DNA of 64,000 nucleotides, from contig OZ218950.1 in NCBI GenBank assembly GCA_965112735.1, positions 5,456,001 to 5,520,000 on the forward strand. The letters are read 5' to 3'. The stretch is from Phaeosaccion multiseriatum. Its lineage: Eukaryota; Protista; Ochrophyta, other classes. Under the pieces are notes generated by a model, which worked only from the letters and a program-made list of their open reading frames with translations, had not been told where the DNA came from and did no database searches. Positions 45,901-60,979 of the stretch are shown here, piece after piece; positions within the stretch are counted from its first letter, which is position 1; the number at the start of each line of letters is the position of its first letter. A program made the translations under genes and the position numbers.

Positions 45901-48900
45901 CTGGGCACCCCCCTCCTCACCTGCTCTTCCGACCACTTGTCTCTCTCCACTTGCTGCTCCATGAAGTCTGGCTTAGGCAGTGCGTCTGCCGTAAGCGCCT
46001 CTTGCTTCACCTCGAGCGTACCGTTCATCATGTCTTCTAAGGCGCGACGACCCATGTTGTCCCCGCTGGCCTCCTTCACGTCAAGACAAGGGCGTCAGTC
46101 AGTAAGGCACACGATCAAGAGCGAGGGGCTGTCACGTCGGAGCCAAGAAGGTGCCCCTTGGGTTCCGTCACTTTTGGCCGCGTCTCACCTCTTCCCGGCG
46201 CCGCCTCTCCTCTTCGGCCCTCCTCTTCCCCGCGCGCTTCTCCTCGCTTTCGTAGGGGCTTGAGCGCATCTCCTCGCTCACGTCAAATATCTTCTCGACT
46301 TGCTCGAGAGAGTTCCAAGAAGGCTGATAGAAGCCTTTGTCGCTATCGAGTTCGGCAATGACCCCTTTCAGCCTCTGATTGATGCCCTCAATCTTATCCA
46401 CCACGTCCTCCTTCTGGGAGTAGAGCAGTTTGACGTGTGCATTGAAGGCGATTCTCATCTCTGTCACCAGTTGCTGCAGGAGCACCACCTGCGTGCGCTT
46501 CTGTCGAGGTGTGCGCAGCGCGAGAGGAGGGTACAAGAGAGCCACAGAGGTGGTCGAGTCTTGCTCTCCGGCAGAGATGGCGGAAATGCTATAGACGGCA
46601 CATCGCACCACACCAGTCAGTGTACATGAGATTGGGGAGGGAGTGCGCAGGGAGCAACAACAGGGTGCAGCAGAATGAAACGTAAGTACGCACAGCAAGA
46701 GAAAAGACGGCTGTTACGGCTCGACTGGACTTGCCTCGGCTCCTCTAGCTTGTCTTCGTCGTCGTCTTCCTCGCCATCTTCGTCGTCGTCCTCCGGACCT
46801 CTCTTCTTGCCTCCCTTCTTGGCATCCGGCGCTGCCCTGCTGCCCTTCTGCCCTTTGCCAGACCCTCCTCCCGCGGCTGCGCTCGCCGCCTCTGCCCCTC
46901 CGCTGCGCAGGAACTTGACAATGTCCACTTCAGGGATAAGAAGGCCCTCGTTGAGCATCCACGAGATGTTGTTCGGCACCTCGTCAAGCAGGCCCGTCCA
47001 CGCTCGCAAGGCTGTGTACTTCCTGATACGTGAAGCGCAGAGTTCGTGCGCTACAGTGAGATACCCAACTAAATCAATCATCATGGGTAGGGAGAGTCCG
47101 GGACGGTTATGGGTAACGAGTATGTACTCAGTATGTGGGGGAAAGCAACAAGCGGCAGGGATCCCGGGGGAGGGGACTTGTCCCGAGGTCGGTCATGCCG
47201 CGCACTTACGCAATCAAACACTCAGGCTCTCACTCACCCCCTCCGAATGTCGCGCAGCTCCATGGCCCGCAGCCTCTTGGCCATGGTCACTCTGCGCTCC
47301 TCCTCCGGGCTCCTCTTGCGAATGGCGAAGCTGGCCACGCTGAGTCCCTCTCTCTGCAGCGCCATGACCTGCTGCTCCTGCGCCTCCATGGTGTCCCAGC
47401 ACTCCATCCGGATGCGGAGGGCGGCCAAGTCCTTCTTGACATTCTCCCTGTGCAGCTTGTCGCGCAAGTTGTCTGCAGCGACCTTGTTCTGGGCCATCTT
47501 CACATCCCTTCCGTCGAGATCGATCACGAACTCGGAACGCTCCATCTTCTCCTCGTCAGGGAGTCCCTGATAATCATCATCATGGAAGGCATGCAGTCAG
47601 TCTTTGATGCTTTCCCTTGGTTCGTCGCGACCGCCCCTTCCCTCCACTTACTTCATTGCGCTTGATGATCTTGTCCAGCCGATTCGCAAACTGAGACACG
47701 AGTCTCCTCTGTGCAAGCTTCGTCGGGTGCACTCCGTCCTCCAGCGCTGCAAGACACACGGGGCACAGAGGAGTACAGACTAAGCTGAGTGTGTTGCACG
47801 GAACACGGACGGTCTGCGCTGGAGACGGCGACTTCCAATGCTATGCACAGGCTTCGCTCACTCACCAGAGTACTTGTCCTCGTCGACGCTTTGGTTGGGT
47901 ATCTTCTCCTCTCGCAGCTTTAAGGCCCCGCCCCCCCCGCCCCCCCCTGCTGACTTGTCCCTCCAGGGTGACTGCCCCAAAACCTCTCTGGGGTCCTGTG
48001 CGCTGTCTGCCAGCAGGGACAAGTCAGTCACGAGCTCCTCGGGCACGTGGGAAAGCTCCACCCCTGTGCAAAACGAGTGCAAGCCGATGGGGCACATGCG
48101 ATGACGAATGAGTGGAGATGAAGCAGTGCAGGCAAGAGGGCGAAACACCGCCGTCTCCTAGCCAAGCAAGCGCTTACCCTCCAAGTCAAGACCAAAGAGC
48201 GTGCCGTCCAGCGATGTGCTGAACACCTTGCTTGAGTCCGGGCTGAAGGTCACGCTGATGACAGGCCCACTGTGCACCAAGGCGGTGTGGAACATCTCCA
48301 CCTGTTGCTCGTAGACGCGCCACAGCGACAACAGGCCGTCTGCCCCCCCAGTTGCAATGTAGTGCCCGTCAGGACTCACTGTCATCACCGCTGCACCCTG
48401 ATGACACGTAGAATCGACGAAGACGAAGAAAACTTGTCAGGGCAATGTGTTGGTTTTGCCAGCACATGCTGTCCAACCACAGACCATGTCGCTCACCTTC
48501 TGATGCGCTTCCAAGATGTCAAGCGGCAGGAGGGCCGGGGGGTCGCTCAGCGTTGCTCGGGCAGGCTGCCAAAGAGGGCGAGGAGAGCGAGAAGAGCAAG
48601 GAGAGCGCAGAGTGATAACTGTGTTCACTTGAAGCAAGCCCCCCCCCCCTCCCTACGCGTTGTATCGCACACCTCACCTTCTCCGGCAGCGCAGGCAGCA
48701 CTTGCAGCACGCGCATGGCCGATGAAACGGCGAAGAAGGGCCCCTCGGCGATCTGAGGATGCGTCACCATACCATGCAGCGGCGTCTCTGTCTGGAACAG
48801 CCACGACAGCTCCCTCGGCTCTCGGTTGCTCACGGCGTGTGGTGACACGATGGTGAGACAAGCCACAAGCTTGTCTTCCGTCGCAAAGACCAAGTTCTTG

Positions 48901-51140
48901 CCTCTCCACATTAGGGAGATGATGCCTCCTCCCCCCCCTACGACCGCTGGAGGGACTTCCCCGATGGCGACAACGTGGAAGTCTCCCGTGGGGGAGCCGA
49001 TATTCAACACATGCACCGACCTGTCCTCGGCACTGGCCACGGCCACCAGGGGGAGGCTCGGGTGGAAGGAGATGTGACTCACGGGGCCGCTGTACAGCTG
49101 CTCTCTCCATAGCGTCTTTATACACACGTCGTATGTCGAGGTTTGCTTCAGGTAAAGAATGTAGAACGCTCCGTGACACAGCCCTGCGGCCAAGATTGGC
49201 TGTGTGGGCGAGCCAGCTAGGGCACACACAGTAATGGGAAGCTTCGAAGCTTGCGGAGCTTTGAGGCTCTGAGTCTCCACACCGACACTGAACATGTTTC
49301 CGCTGGGAGACAGTGGGGAGGCGATGCCCCCTTCCTCCTCCGTGCTGCTGCCGGCGGCAGTGTCACTACTGGCGGCTGTATCACCAGGCTCCATGACGGT
49401 GCCGGAGTTTGCTTGCTTCGACACCTCGCTACTTCCAGTCGCATCACCCCCGCCGGCCGTGGGCACAACGTCAACAGTGAAGCGTCGAATTCCACATAGC
49501 TTGCCTCGCTCTGCCGACCACAGACGGATAGTGCCATCTTCTCCTCCAGACGCCACGAGCCCGGCCACCACCTCAGTTGCCGAAGCGTCCGTAATCTCCG
49601 GGCGGACAGAGGCCAGAGCTACGACACGCCCGCCATGGAAGCTGCGCAAGAGGTGCAACAATTGGGTGCGTGTGTTTCTTAGGGGAATGGAGAGCAGGAA
49701 GGGAAAGGGGATCAAGGAAGGGAAGGGAGACTCCTCCGGCTTCCTCCGTGCCCGAGGAGGACTGCTTTACCTGCGCAACTCGGTGATGCCCGTAGCAGGC
49801 AGATTCTTCTGGGTGGTGGGAGGGCTGTGCTTCTCGTAGTCCATGAGCACTGTGTGAAGGGTGCCGCCACGCGTGCCCACAACGAGTTTGTCAAACATGG
49901 GACTCGCAGACACAGCAACAACTTCAAAGGTTGCAGATGCCATCTCCGAAGCTGATCCAGCGGCGCTGCTACTGCTGCTGCCCCCGCCAATGCCAATGTG
50001 GACAGTGTAGTCAAAGATGGGTCCCGCAGATGGCGCCTTGTCGCTGACCGCCATCCAGCGCACCGCTCCATTGCGAGAAACAATCACCAAATGCGCCTTG
50101 GTGAGGACAAGTCCCACGGCCACTGCGCCCTTGCCGAAGAGACTGATGAGGTCCAGTTCTTGCACCACCTTTCCTGTCGTGCTGTCAAAGGCCACGAGTT
50201 GCCCCTTCTCGTTGCCCGCCCAAAGGTGGTCCTCAAGGCCCCACGTATGCGACACCCAAACGTCGTGCTTGCCGTCCCCCTGATTGACAACCTGCTCCAG
50301 CTCATCAGCATCCTCTTCCGAGGTTTTGCCGAGTCTCAATCCAGCTGTAGCGGCGGCCACGTCAGTCCCATTATTTCCGGTGTCGGCGGCGTTCTGGCCA
50401 GAGGTCTCTGGGAGGGAAGGAATCGCCCTCGTGCACGAGCAGATATGCTCGTCCACAAGGTCTCCTACTCTCCAAAAGTAGAGCCCACCCTTGCCCCCGG
50501 TCACGAGGTGATTGGCGTTCGCCGGATTGAAGCTCACAAAGGACATGGTCGCAGGCAAGACAACCTCCACAAGCTTGGACGACACCAGCATCGTGTCGTT
50601 GTCACCGTCTGCATTGTCGTCGCTCCCCGAGAGAGAGCCCGCGACACCACTTCCCTTCCCCGCTACGCTCCCCTTCCCCCCTGCCCCTCCTCTGCCCCCG
50701 CCGCCCTCCGCGGAGGAGCCAGGCGCTGCCGGGCTGGACTTGATGCTCCATACAGTCATAATATGGTCTGTACGATTACCAAAGGCCACCAGCCGACTCC
50801 CATCTCGGCAGAAAGCCGCATCAACGAAGCGCAGGCCCGTACCACCCTCCAGCGTGCCCCTAAGCCGCAGGTCGGGGTAGCTGTAAAGATGGATGGAAGG
50901 ATTCACCCGCCCTGACGGACACAGCGCCAGCCGAGAGGAGCGCCAATTGGACGTCACAGCACTAATGCCCGCCCATTCGTTCTCCTCCCAGATGTACAGC
51001 CCATCCCCGTCCCCCTTGTCCGGGAGAAGATGCGTAACTCGAGCTGCACTGCCGAAGCAGTACATGATACTGCTTTCATCTACAAAGCACAGGTTTGTAC
51101 CGGGGTAAGCCAATGCCCGGGAGGGCACTAGCCGCGCCAT
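42948..51140 (-). CDS. CFAP43: Cilia- and flagella-associated protein 43 (WD40 + coiled-coil), multi-exon
   Basis: N-terminal WD40 repeats. C-terminal LKQGQDEV..TDYSDAVLL, KDFRKSINMLQW, LLRVTK, RRKLVDLARAQ..ELDRLRQRTFPSF. The last few codons are uncertain. Confidence 0.85.
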
Positions 51141-51294
51141 CGCTCCCTCGCTCCCTCGTTATGTGCTACTGGCGTGAGGGAGAGCGCCAAAGAGTGCCCC
51201 GCCGCCGTTTCAGCCGTTACAAAATCATTGACATACTCTTTACTTTATTTTTTGCGCCAAACCCGCCCTCAGGAGGGAGCCGGCGACAGGTGCA

Positions 51295-53236
51295 ATGCAC
51301 TGCCCCAGTCACTCCAATCAGGCGCTGAGCTCGTCGAAATACGGCAGGAGGCATGACGGTATCTTTGGTACAGGACCTGTGGCCCGCTTCGCTTTTGCTG
51401 GCTTCGTCCCAGCCTATCTCGAGCCTCATCAGCATCGCTTGGGAAGGCAAATGATCGAAGCGGACTGGGCAGCCCAGGTGATGGATCGGTGTGGTGTGGC
51501 TGTCTTCTATTTTGCTGCGAAGTGAAGCTGCAGGCCGACACCTCTGATGGTCGTGTTGTGTCATGCCCTCGTCCCAAAGGTACTCGCCGGAATAAAGGCA
51601 GATCACGCCGAAATGGTCAGCGAAGGGCTGCATGCAGAGCACGCTGACGTCAATTGCCAAGTGGAAGGGAGTGAGGAAGGCTGCGCGTACTCCTACGCAA
51701 ACGCGGTATGGGCTTATGATGGGGTGGGGGGCACTCCCTGCTGCTTTCGTCCCCCTTACCCTCGGCGCCCCATTCCTCCTTCTCGACCAATAGGCCATTT
51801 TTACAGAGGAGCAGGTCGAGGCAGTGGGAGAGTCTCTCAAAGCTTCAGCGAGAGAGAGAGTGCAGCGTGATAAACGCTTCATAACGGCGGCTGAAATGCA
51901 GAAGGTGGATGAGGGCTTGGATAACATCGCGCGATACGCCCGCACCAGCGTGTCGCGGGTCGTAGTGGTAAGTTCTATGCCTGTCTTTTTCCTTTCCCTC
52001 CCGCCCTTCATGCTGTTCCCTGACTTGCCAACACACCTTCCTTTCCCTGCATTCAGGGGGATACAGGCATGACTTTATGTATCCGCTTTGGAAGCATCAT
52101 AGCAGCGGGAGTCTTCTTGGACGAGAATGCCGATCCCACCATTCAGAATAAGGAGGGGCAGGATGCAATCGATATCCTGAAGGTGGGTGACCCTCTCCTC
52201 ACTGCTGTGCACGGACACTGTTACAATCTTACAAGCCCCAGAGCCTCAAGAGCCCTCTCACCCATCGTGCCGTGAGCAGGAAAACTACACTCTGCTCGAG
52301 CGATTTTTGCAGCGCATCGCAGAGCTTCGCGCGCAGCGTACGTCAACTTTCTTGCCGGACCTCACGGCAGAGGAGCTCGAGATCGTGTCGAAGGAGGATA
52401 ATGTCCTCGACAAGTGCGACACGTACAAGCGCTTCGTCGAGGAGTTGGTGGAGCACGTGGAAGATAGGTAGGGTTGGGGCGTTACATTCGAGGCATGTCT
52501 GCGGCCAGAAGCGACAGAGACCCTGCCTGGAGCCTACTGAAGAGGACTAACCCGAGCGTTCGATTGCTCTCCTTCCCACAGGCTCCAAGCCATACCTGGC
52601 CTCAGCACCCAAGCGCACGCGAGCAAGATCATGGGGATTGAGTTTGACCCCCACAACAGGTGAAGCACGCACCGAAGAGAATCATGCTGTGAGACTCATG
52701 GGGAAGTTCTGATTGATTTTGGCTCTCCCCCCTCTTGCTGCTGCTTCTAACCTGGAGACGGGAGATCGACTTGGAGGACACCTTTCGCAAACATCTTGCC
52801 TCGCTTCGGGACATACTGGGCCCTGATGGCTCGCTCCCTCACGATGAAGACTCTTCATCTGGTCATTGGTGATTATGGCAGAAAGGTAGGGAAAGTCCTT
52901 TCTCCTTTCACGAGCAGAGTGAGTCGATGGGCGACACTTGCTATCGTATGGGGAGGAGAGAGTCTACCAGAAACACGGACATGATCGTGTACCCAGGCAC
53001 CCACAGGCCTCGGTCAGCTCGAGAGACCAATGACGAGCCAGACAACGACGCAGGCTGCGCCTTTGCGCGGAATGGTAGCCTACCCACCCCAGAGGGACGT
53101 GGGAAGAAGCAAATACTGTACGCCCTGGACTGGCCGGGGGTCAGGGCAGGGTAAGCCACGCAGAGCCCAGACCAGAGCTTCCGCGAACCCCCGCTGCTGC
53201 CCGGGTGAAGAGGCGAAGAGCCGTGTTATGGGGTGA
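51295..53236 (+). CDS. Ankyrin-repeat-containing protein of unknown function (multi-exon, ends uncertain)
   Basis: GT-AG-bounded exons. Ankyrin-like HADVNCQ and GDTGMTLCIRFGSIIAAGVFLDENADPTIQNKEGQDAID. Confidence 0.5.
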
Positions 53237-53560
53237 AGGATAAAGGGGAAGGGGAAGGGCCGTATGCTCCGCTGCGCAACGGGCACACAAGCTTCCAGCT
53301 ACCTCGTACCAGTCCACCAAGAGAAGCAGCGGGCCAATCTCTGAGATTGCCCAGGGTACCACTCGAAGTAAGATAGACGTGTCGAGCTACACTCGGTGGG
53401 TGACATTGGAGCTCTGCCCTCCCTCCCCAAGGGGCAACAGGGAGTTACTTGTCTATACTCAAAAATACAATGCCCCTACAACACGCACGTTACTCTTCTG
53501 TTCTCTCAACAAAAGCCCCTCATGAGACGAAGCTCTGAACCTCCTGGAGCACTCAGTCAA

Positions 53561-56500
53561 TTAATCGCTGCTTATCTGTGCTGCCTCTTGCGAGATCTCA
53601 CGCAGCATCGCATGCTTGGGTCGGTTCAGGACCCCCCCTCCAGCAGTCGCAGGAACCCTTGTCCGAGCACCGCTCGTGCCGCCGGCGGTGGGGCGAGGGG
53701 ACGGTTTCGGCTTCGGTAACAGAGCCGGGTACATGGAGTGTGCGCCCCTCGGGAGAGTGTATATCCATTCCTGACGCCGCAACAGGCCCGTGAGAGAAGA
53801 GAGGAAGGCCTGTGGAAAGGGGATCGACAGATGAACGAAGGCTTGAGCCGACACTTCGCTTAGAGTGAAACCTTGGTAGAATCGCTTCTTACTTACCCCG
53901 TGCTCGAGGGTGCTGAGAGAGCCCACCAAAAGGAGTTTCTGCTTGGCGCGCGAGAGCGCAACGTTGATGCGCGTCCAGTCTCGGAGCAGATTTCCCACGT
54001 TTCCCGCATCGTTGGAGCGGACAAGGGAGACTGTGCGAAGGGGGCCAACGCAAAAGGGACGCAAAGATACGTGCACTGCATGAGGAGGTGGCCTTCCCGA
54101 ACTCGTCCTTGACGACAAGTGCAAGCCGTCGCACAGTGCACGCTCCGATGAACTTACCTAGGATGACATCCTTGTCCCGTCCTTGGTACTTGTCAATGGT
54201 GTTGAACTCCACCCCAGGATAGAGCGCTGCGCTCGCTTCAAACGCTCTCACCTGCGAGCGGTAGGGGCAGATCACACCAATGGCGTCCCCATCCAGGCCT
54301 GGAGAGCAAAAGCAATAAAAAGCAAGAGGATGAACAAAGGACCACCGGTGCCAGGGCGTTGTGGACAGTTGTGTAGCTACCTGCCCGCAGGAGTCCACTG
54401 ACGCACAACAGGATGATGTCCAGCTCTGCGCGATTGACAAGGGACCCTCGCGATGCTCCTCTCTTGCCGTGTCGTCCCGCCACCCCAACGCCCGGAGGAT
54501 CACAACCTCCTCCTCCTCCTCCTCCTCCTCCTCCTCCCGCTTCACTCCCTGGTCGGGGTACGCCTTGCTTTTGCTCTAGAGAGCAGAATCGTCCTCCTTG
54601 TGCGGCTCCTTCCCCTTCTCCGTAAGAGAGCGCGTCTGTGTCCATAAACACCACTCTGAGAAGAATAGACAAGAGAAAAAGGTGTGCGTGTAAGATACGA
54701 TGGACAGGATGAGGCGCTTCATGATTGTGGAGGATCCGGAACACTGGGCATACTACTCTATCCCACTCACCTCTTGCCAGGCTCAAGGACATCCTTCAGC
54801 CAGTGTTGCTGCTCTACGCCGCTCAGCACGGCCGGAGGAAGCAGGTTCTCTGGAGAGGGCAGAAGGAGGCACCGCTGGGCTACCTGCGAGTTGCGAGTCC
54901 GCAAAGTCGAAGGGCAGTTGAGCGGTCTGTTGAGCTCCGAAGGAGAAGTGCGGTCGGTAAGTTGAGTGATCCACCCGCCCGTACCTTTGCATTGCCACAC
55001 TTGAGCGCGTTGCAGTAGATGAGCTGGTTGCAGAGCGACATGATGTCACTGTTCATGCGGTACTGGTACGACAAGTGCTGTGCACCGCGAGGGAAATGAG
55101 GGAGGGGCATCTTGAGCGGAGAGCAATGAACAAAGGAAGGCACATACTTCCCCGCCCCCCTAAACCGAACCTGCAGAGCGGAGGGGTGTGTTTCTGAAAG
55201 CCTCCGGAAGAGGGACACATTCATGCCCTCCTCCTGCGCCTCTTCGTTGCTGACGAGCGGGGGCAGCTGGTAGTGGTCTCCAACGAGCACGAACACGTCG
55301 GCGCTGCGCAGAGGCCCGAGTACTGTGGGCTGCGAGATTTGCCCGGCTTCGTCCACGATGCACACATCGAAGTTCCTCTTGCCGAACAGAGGGTGGCGGA
55401 TCCCGAGACATGTCACTCCGACGACCTTGTGCGCGATCCAAAGCAAGCAAGCAAGCAAAAGTCAGGATGAGCTCGCTGGCCAAGCTAACATGTCTACCAC
55501 ACCCTCACACCCCAGCCCCTCTCTCACCTTGGCACGCATCAAGACCTCGTGGTACTCTGTGGTGGTCTCGAGCGTCTCCCCAAGGAGGCAGTGCTTGACT
55601 CCCGGGTGCACGCTGCCGACATTGCCGATGCGCAGGCAAGGCACCCCCTCCTCCAGGAGCTTGAGCAGCAAGTTGTCCACTCCGCTGTGCGTGTATGAGG
55701 TGATGAGCACGGACTGGCCGCGCGCCACGAGGAGCCGAGTGAGGTAGGCGATCGTTGTTGTTTTACCGGTGCCTGTGGAGTGGGGCGGGAGGTAGGAAGT
55801 GGAGTGAGGCATCGCTGCAACCAACCTCTCCGTCCGAATCTGTTGGCTCCTTGACCTTGACGTGAACCATTCGTTACCCGTTACCCGTTACCTACCTGGC
55901 ATACCCAGCAGCAAGGCGTAGTCTCTTGCGCTGAGCACCTTCCTGACGGCGGCCCGTTGGTCCTCATTAAGCACCTCGTCGAACTCTCTCCTGAGCTTGG
56001 CCTTGGCCGCCTCCGACTGTAACTGTGCCGAGTCGGACGGGTCTCTCCTCACCCATGACGCCAAGGAGCCGCTCGCCGCGAAGAGGCCTTTGAAAGGGCC
56101 AAATTGTGGTGTGTCAAGATCCACCACGAGCCTCCGGCGCTTCTCGTCTCCCTGCCGCTGCTCCTCTTCGACAGAGCGCTCCGAACTGCCTGGTCTAGCC
56201 GCCCCCCTGTCGGCCGCGGAGAGAGCAGCAGAGCTCTTGGGCGTGGGGCCAACCATCAGCCTGGCCAGGTTGTGGCGCATGAGGCTGATGCCTGCCGTAA
56301 ACTCGTCCTTGTCGATGCGGAAAAGAATGCGCCGATTGATATCTACTACGGTATCCAACCCGCTCGAGACAGCACCTGCACCTATGTCTTCCACATCGGA
56401 AGAGACTCTGTAGGGCTGCACACTGCCAGTAGCTGACAACATGGGCACCTGCAAGATTCGACTGCTCTTGAGTTCAATGGTGCTGGAAGACAGGGCACTG

Positions 56501-59500
56501 ATTTGAGTACTCAGAAGGCAGAAGTGGCGATGCGGAGACCCGAGCTCCAACCCCCCAGCGCTGGTGCTGCTCGCTGACCGAGAGGCGTGACACACACTGC
56601 CCTCTGCGCTTACGATGACCCGGTCCCCGACAGAGAGCTTGAAGCTATCAAGAGGTGGGGGGCTTATCTGTGCATCACTCCCCCCACCCCCATCCTCCTG
56701 CGGCCGCGACACAGGACTCCGACGGAACGTGTGCACATACATGCCCTCTCCCTCTGCCTCAATCCCACTCAGCTGTAGAGACGCCACGCACATGCCTTCG
56801 TTGCGTGGAGCGAGGGGGGGGGAGGGGGTGCGAGCGGGAGGGGGGGGGGGGGGTAATCGTCATGTGAAGGATGTGCGCTGCTGTGCGCATGTTCAATCCT
56901 CTTCACACCTGTTTTCGCCTCCCTCATGGGGCCGGACTGCTGCCACACGCTCCGCCTCAGACTCTCCCCCACTTGCCCCTCGAGGTCGACCATGCGGTCC
57001 CACTGGCTGAAGTACAGGAGGTGCGACGGCTTCAGATGCCCCACCTGTACATTGCGAGAAGGGAGGAGCGTCAGTCCCTCGCGGATTAAGCGGGAGACGA
57101 CGAGCCACTCACAGCCTTCCTCCCTTCCCTCCCTCCCCACCTTCTCGTCGTAGTCCTGCTCCTTGAGTCCACTGGTCTCAAGGCTGCCCCCCTCCAAGCT
57201 CCTGCTCAACACCAAATAGCTCCTGTCAGCCAAAACAGGGCTAATGAGACTCGCCGGCCGACATGTCACTCACTCACTCACCTGTGGTACAGCATGCACT
57301 CTGTGTTCTGGAAGCACCTCGCACACGCGAAGGCATCTTTAATAACAGGCGGCAGGACGAGGCCCGTGCCCACCCCCTGCAGCCTCAAGCTCACGATGCT
57401 CATCTTGAAGAGCGAGGACGCGTGTCGGTTGCGAGCCATGAGCAGCGAGCGCACTTCGCTCCACTGGGGCTCGACAATGTCCACTTGCACGTCGCCTTCC
57501 CCCAAATACACGAGCAGGCCGGAGGTGCTCGTCTTGCTCTGTCCGTACCTGCCCTGCAGCATTAGCGTGTAGAGCATCACCTGGCAGAGAAAGAAAGGTG
57601 TTTCTACTCAGTCAATCGCCATTCGGGTCAAGACAAAGAAGAGAGCAGGGGCTCTTGGGCAGGGGCTCGTGCTCACCTGCGCTCGGTGTGCCGCTTGACC
57701 CATGGCACTCTTCTTGCCGGTCTTGAGCTCAAGGGGCATGACCACGAGACGCTCCTCAGCAGACAGAGACAGACTTGGGCCCTGCTGTAGACTCTGCTTT
57801 GGGGGGTGGTGCTCCTGAGCGCCTTTCCCGAGAGCCTGGCGCTGCTGCTGCTGGGGAACACACATACTGCCTGCTGGGTTCGCAGTACATAACGCACAGG
57901 GGTAATCAGAGAGAAGAGATGAGGCGACTGAAGAGGAAGGTCTATCCATCTCTCGAGGCAAGAAGCACGGCCCCCACTCACCACTCTTGCTGTTCTCCTT
58001 GTGCTGCAGCACCGGCGGCATATCCAATACCCTGCCCCTTCTAAGCCGGACCGTTACGGTGGCGTCGAGGAAGCCCTTCATCCCAAACGTCGTGCTCCAA
58101 ATGTTCTCCTCCACAGCCACGAGGGTGGCGAGCTGGACTGTCGTGCACGGCCTTCCTCGAAGCCTCTCTGGCGCTAGCTTGGAAGCTGTGGCACTCGAAC
58201 CAAACCCCCTCGCCTCCTTCCCTCCGCTGTTGCAAGGTTAGCGTGTGGGCAGCGACCGCTTTAAGACATACATGAATAAAGAGCACGACACACAAGAGCG
58301 GGCCTCACCTCAGCTGCACCCCCTCCCCCGTGAATGCAGTGGTGAAGGTGACGATGGCAGGTATGACGGAGCAGAGTTCCTGCTTGGCGGTGACATCATC
58401 CAAGCCTGCCGTGTAAATGGTCTCCAAGTTGCGACGGATCACTCCATCTGCCTCTCCCGTCAACTTGTCTCGGAGTGTGTGGCAATCTCCCCCTCCCCCT
58501 CCCCCCGGCGGTGAAGCTCCCAAAGCAAGGCCCTTTTGGAAGAGCTCGTGCTTGAGAATGCCCATGACAGCGGCCCGCCCCCCCGAGGAAAGTGAAGGCA
58601 GCCGACTCTTCAGGACCTGCTTGAACAGTACAACAGACAAGGACTGAGAGAAAGACAGTGGAAAGACAGTGCTCCAACACTACGAGAGAAGGCATCAGTT
58701 GTGAGAAAGAGTCCCACTCAGCTTCCGACGCACCACCCCGCGCCATACACACAAGCACGCACACACACACACACACACACCAACAAACACGCACCGCAGA
58801 TCTGTCGCAACCCACGGAGTCAGAGACTCGGCTCGGCGACACGAGAATGTCAGGAATTACAACGAGAAGGTTGTGTTCATTGTCCACCACCAAGTCCGTT
58901 TGGGCTGAAGCCAGCTCGCCGCCCTTCCTACTCTCCAGCGGCATGCACACGACGTGTACCATGTCTCCGGGGTCCACGGAAGAGTTGTACCAATCGCCCC
59001 TCAAGACGATGGTCTGCAAGAGGGTTAAGGCATATATATGCATAGGAGAGGACATTTAAGGGGACTGTGCCATCACACAAACTCGACACAAGGGTCGCTC
59101 GTGCATGGCCCACTTCAAACCACCTCCCTCCTCTCCATCGGCGGAAGCAGTCACCCTCACGGCTCTGCCATGAAGTCACTCACCCGCCTCCTGCCGCCCA
59201 AGTCACCGGGCCCATCCTCTCGGTGTTGCTGACGCACCACGCCCCCTCCCCCCACGAGGTCGGCGATGCTGCTCCCCTGAGCCATACGCTCCTCGAAGCA
59301 CGCCATTCGGACCTCTCTCCTCGCTCCGTCTCTCACTACCTCCAGCACCAAGAACCTTGCGAAGCTTACACTGCAGCTCCCCTCCTCAAGAGAGGGCTCT
59401 GCCAGGCGCTTACGCGCTTGCGTGTTTAAGGGTCGCTGGCCAAGGCCACCATCCCCAGTCCCCCCCCCCCCTGGGCGAAGAGGAGCATCTGGATTCAAAG

Positions 59501-60979
59501 GCTCATCTGCGAAACGTCCTGCTGCCGGGAGGGGGAGGTGGAGGGTGGAGAGGCTGTCAATCATGATATGGCGGAAGTGTTGAGCACAGTTCCACCCCAA
59601 ATCACCTCGAGGAGGTGCTCCAAGCGCTAGCGTTGTGGGACCCGTCGACTGACTCCTATCTTGGCGTTTGGCGATGGCGTCCTGGCACGAGGTAATAACA
59701 GAGTTCAGTCCACGTGTGTGTAATGTGCTTGACCTGCGCAACATGCATGACTTTGATCATCTCACAACCCACCTGTTCCAGTTTGTCCAGGACAGCAACA
59801 TCCTCCGCCGATAACTCGAAGTCGTCGATGTCAAAACCGTCCTCGCTGACAGCCTTGTCTGTACGCGATTCGAAGCAAGGGCGAGGGGGGGAGGTGAGTG
59901 AGACGGGGGGGGGTACAGGTGTCCTTCCTCACGAACCGACCTTCAGCATCTGTATGGCCAGCAGCCTGGGAAGCTTGGACAGTGGTGCTGGGAATGGCTG
60001 CAGCAGCAGGAGCAGGAGCAGCAGCGGCAGCTCCCGACAGAGCCTGAAGGGGCTCCTCCTCCTTCTCCGTTCTGCGAGGTGGCGACACTGCGGTCATTAA
60101 AGCCCTCCCTTGAGTCCCCAGCCTCGGCGGCTCACGCTCTGCACTACTGGTCGCCGTCACTGGCCTCGTCCTCTTCCGTCGTCGCAAGCCCATTGTCCAT
60201 ACGGTGTTTCCTCTCCCTTTAGAAACCAGAAAGAACAAACAACCACCGAAACAAAGCAATCAAACAAACGAAGTTGGCGGGTACACTGGCCTACTGCCTC
60301 TTTTCCTTACCTCCTCGACTCGTAGGACTCTCTCCCCCAGTACCCTGCGAATCCATCCCTTCCTGCGTTTGTGCTGCCGGGCAAAGGTCGTTCTGAGATG
60401 GGCCATGGTGCCCAGAGCCAACACCACCGACACATTTCCCGCCTTCTTCTTTTGGCAGAAGCCACGATGAGAGCAGGGACCCGCCCGTTCCTCGCGATCC
60501 AAGTGCGCCATGTGAGGCGCCGGAGCCACTTCCAGCAAGGCTACACTGCTCCTGCTCCTTCTCGTCCTGATGCTGCTTCCCATTTCGTTTGCCGAGAATT
60601 GCGAGGAGAGTTGAAAACTCAGCCTGGACGTCGGTAGTGTTCCGAGGAGAGGCGGCTTTATTGAGGGGGTGGAGGAGGTCTCTGTCGGGGGACTGGCGCC
60701 ACGTTACATCCTGCTAGAAGAGCACAGTGTGGATGTGGATGAGGTGTTGCAGACTGGTGCTGGCGGGCGCCCCCCCCCCCCTACAACACAAACCTCTTGG
60801 TCTGCGATTGCATCTTGACTCAGCCCAGGAGAAGCGCTTACTCGCCTCACGCGCTTCCGCATGCGGCTGCGGCTGCTACTGCTACTGCTGCTGTGTTTGC
60901 TCTCCTTACCGCGCCCACTGGCTCCTGCCTCTGCCGCTGCGGCTGGCCGGCCGTCTCCGCGAGCCTGGCCTTTTACCAT
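53561..60979 (-). CDS. DNA2: DNA replication nuclease/helicase DNA2 (multi-exon)
   Basis: [35 protein letters not shown], Fe-[13 protein letters not shown]1 helicase motifs [45 protein letters not shown]. The start codon is tentative. Confidence 0.93.

Noticed and set aside
19887-60979. FEN1 and DNA2 (both flap nucleases), or CFAP43 and IFT172, as functional clusters
   Set aside because: Separated by many unrelated genes, so chance linkage is sufficient.
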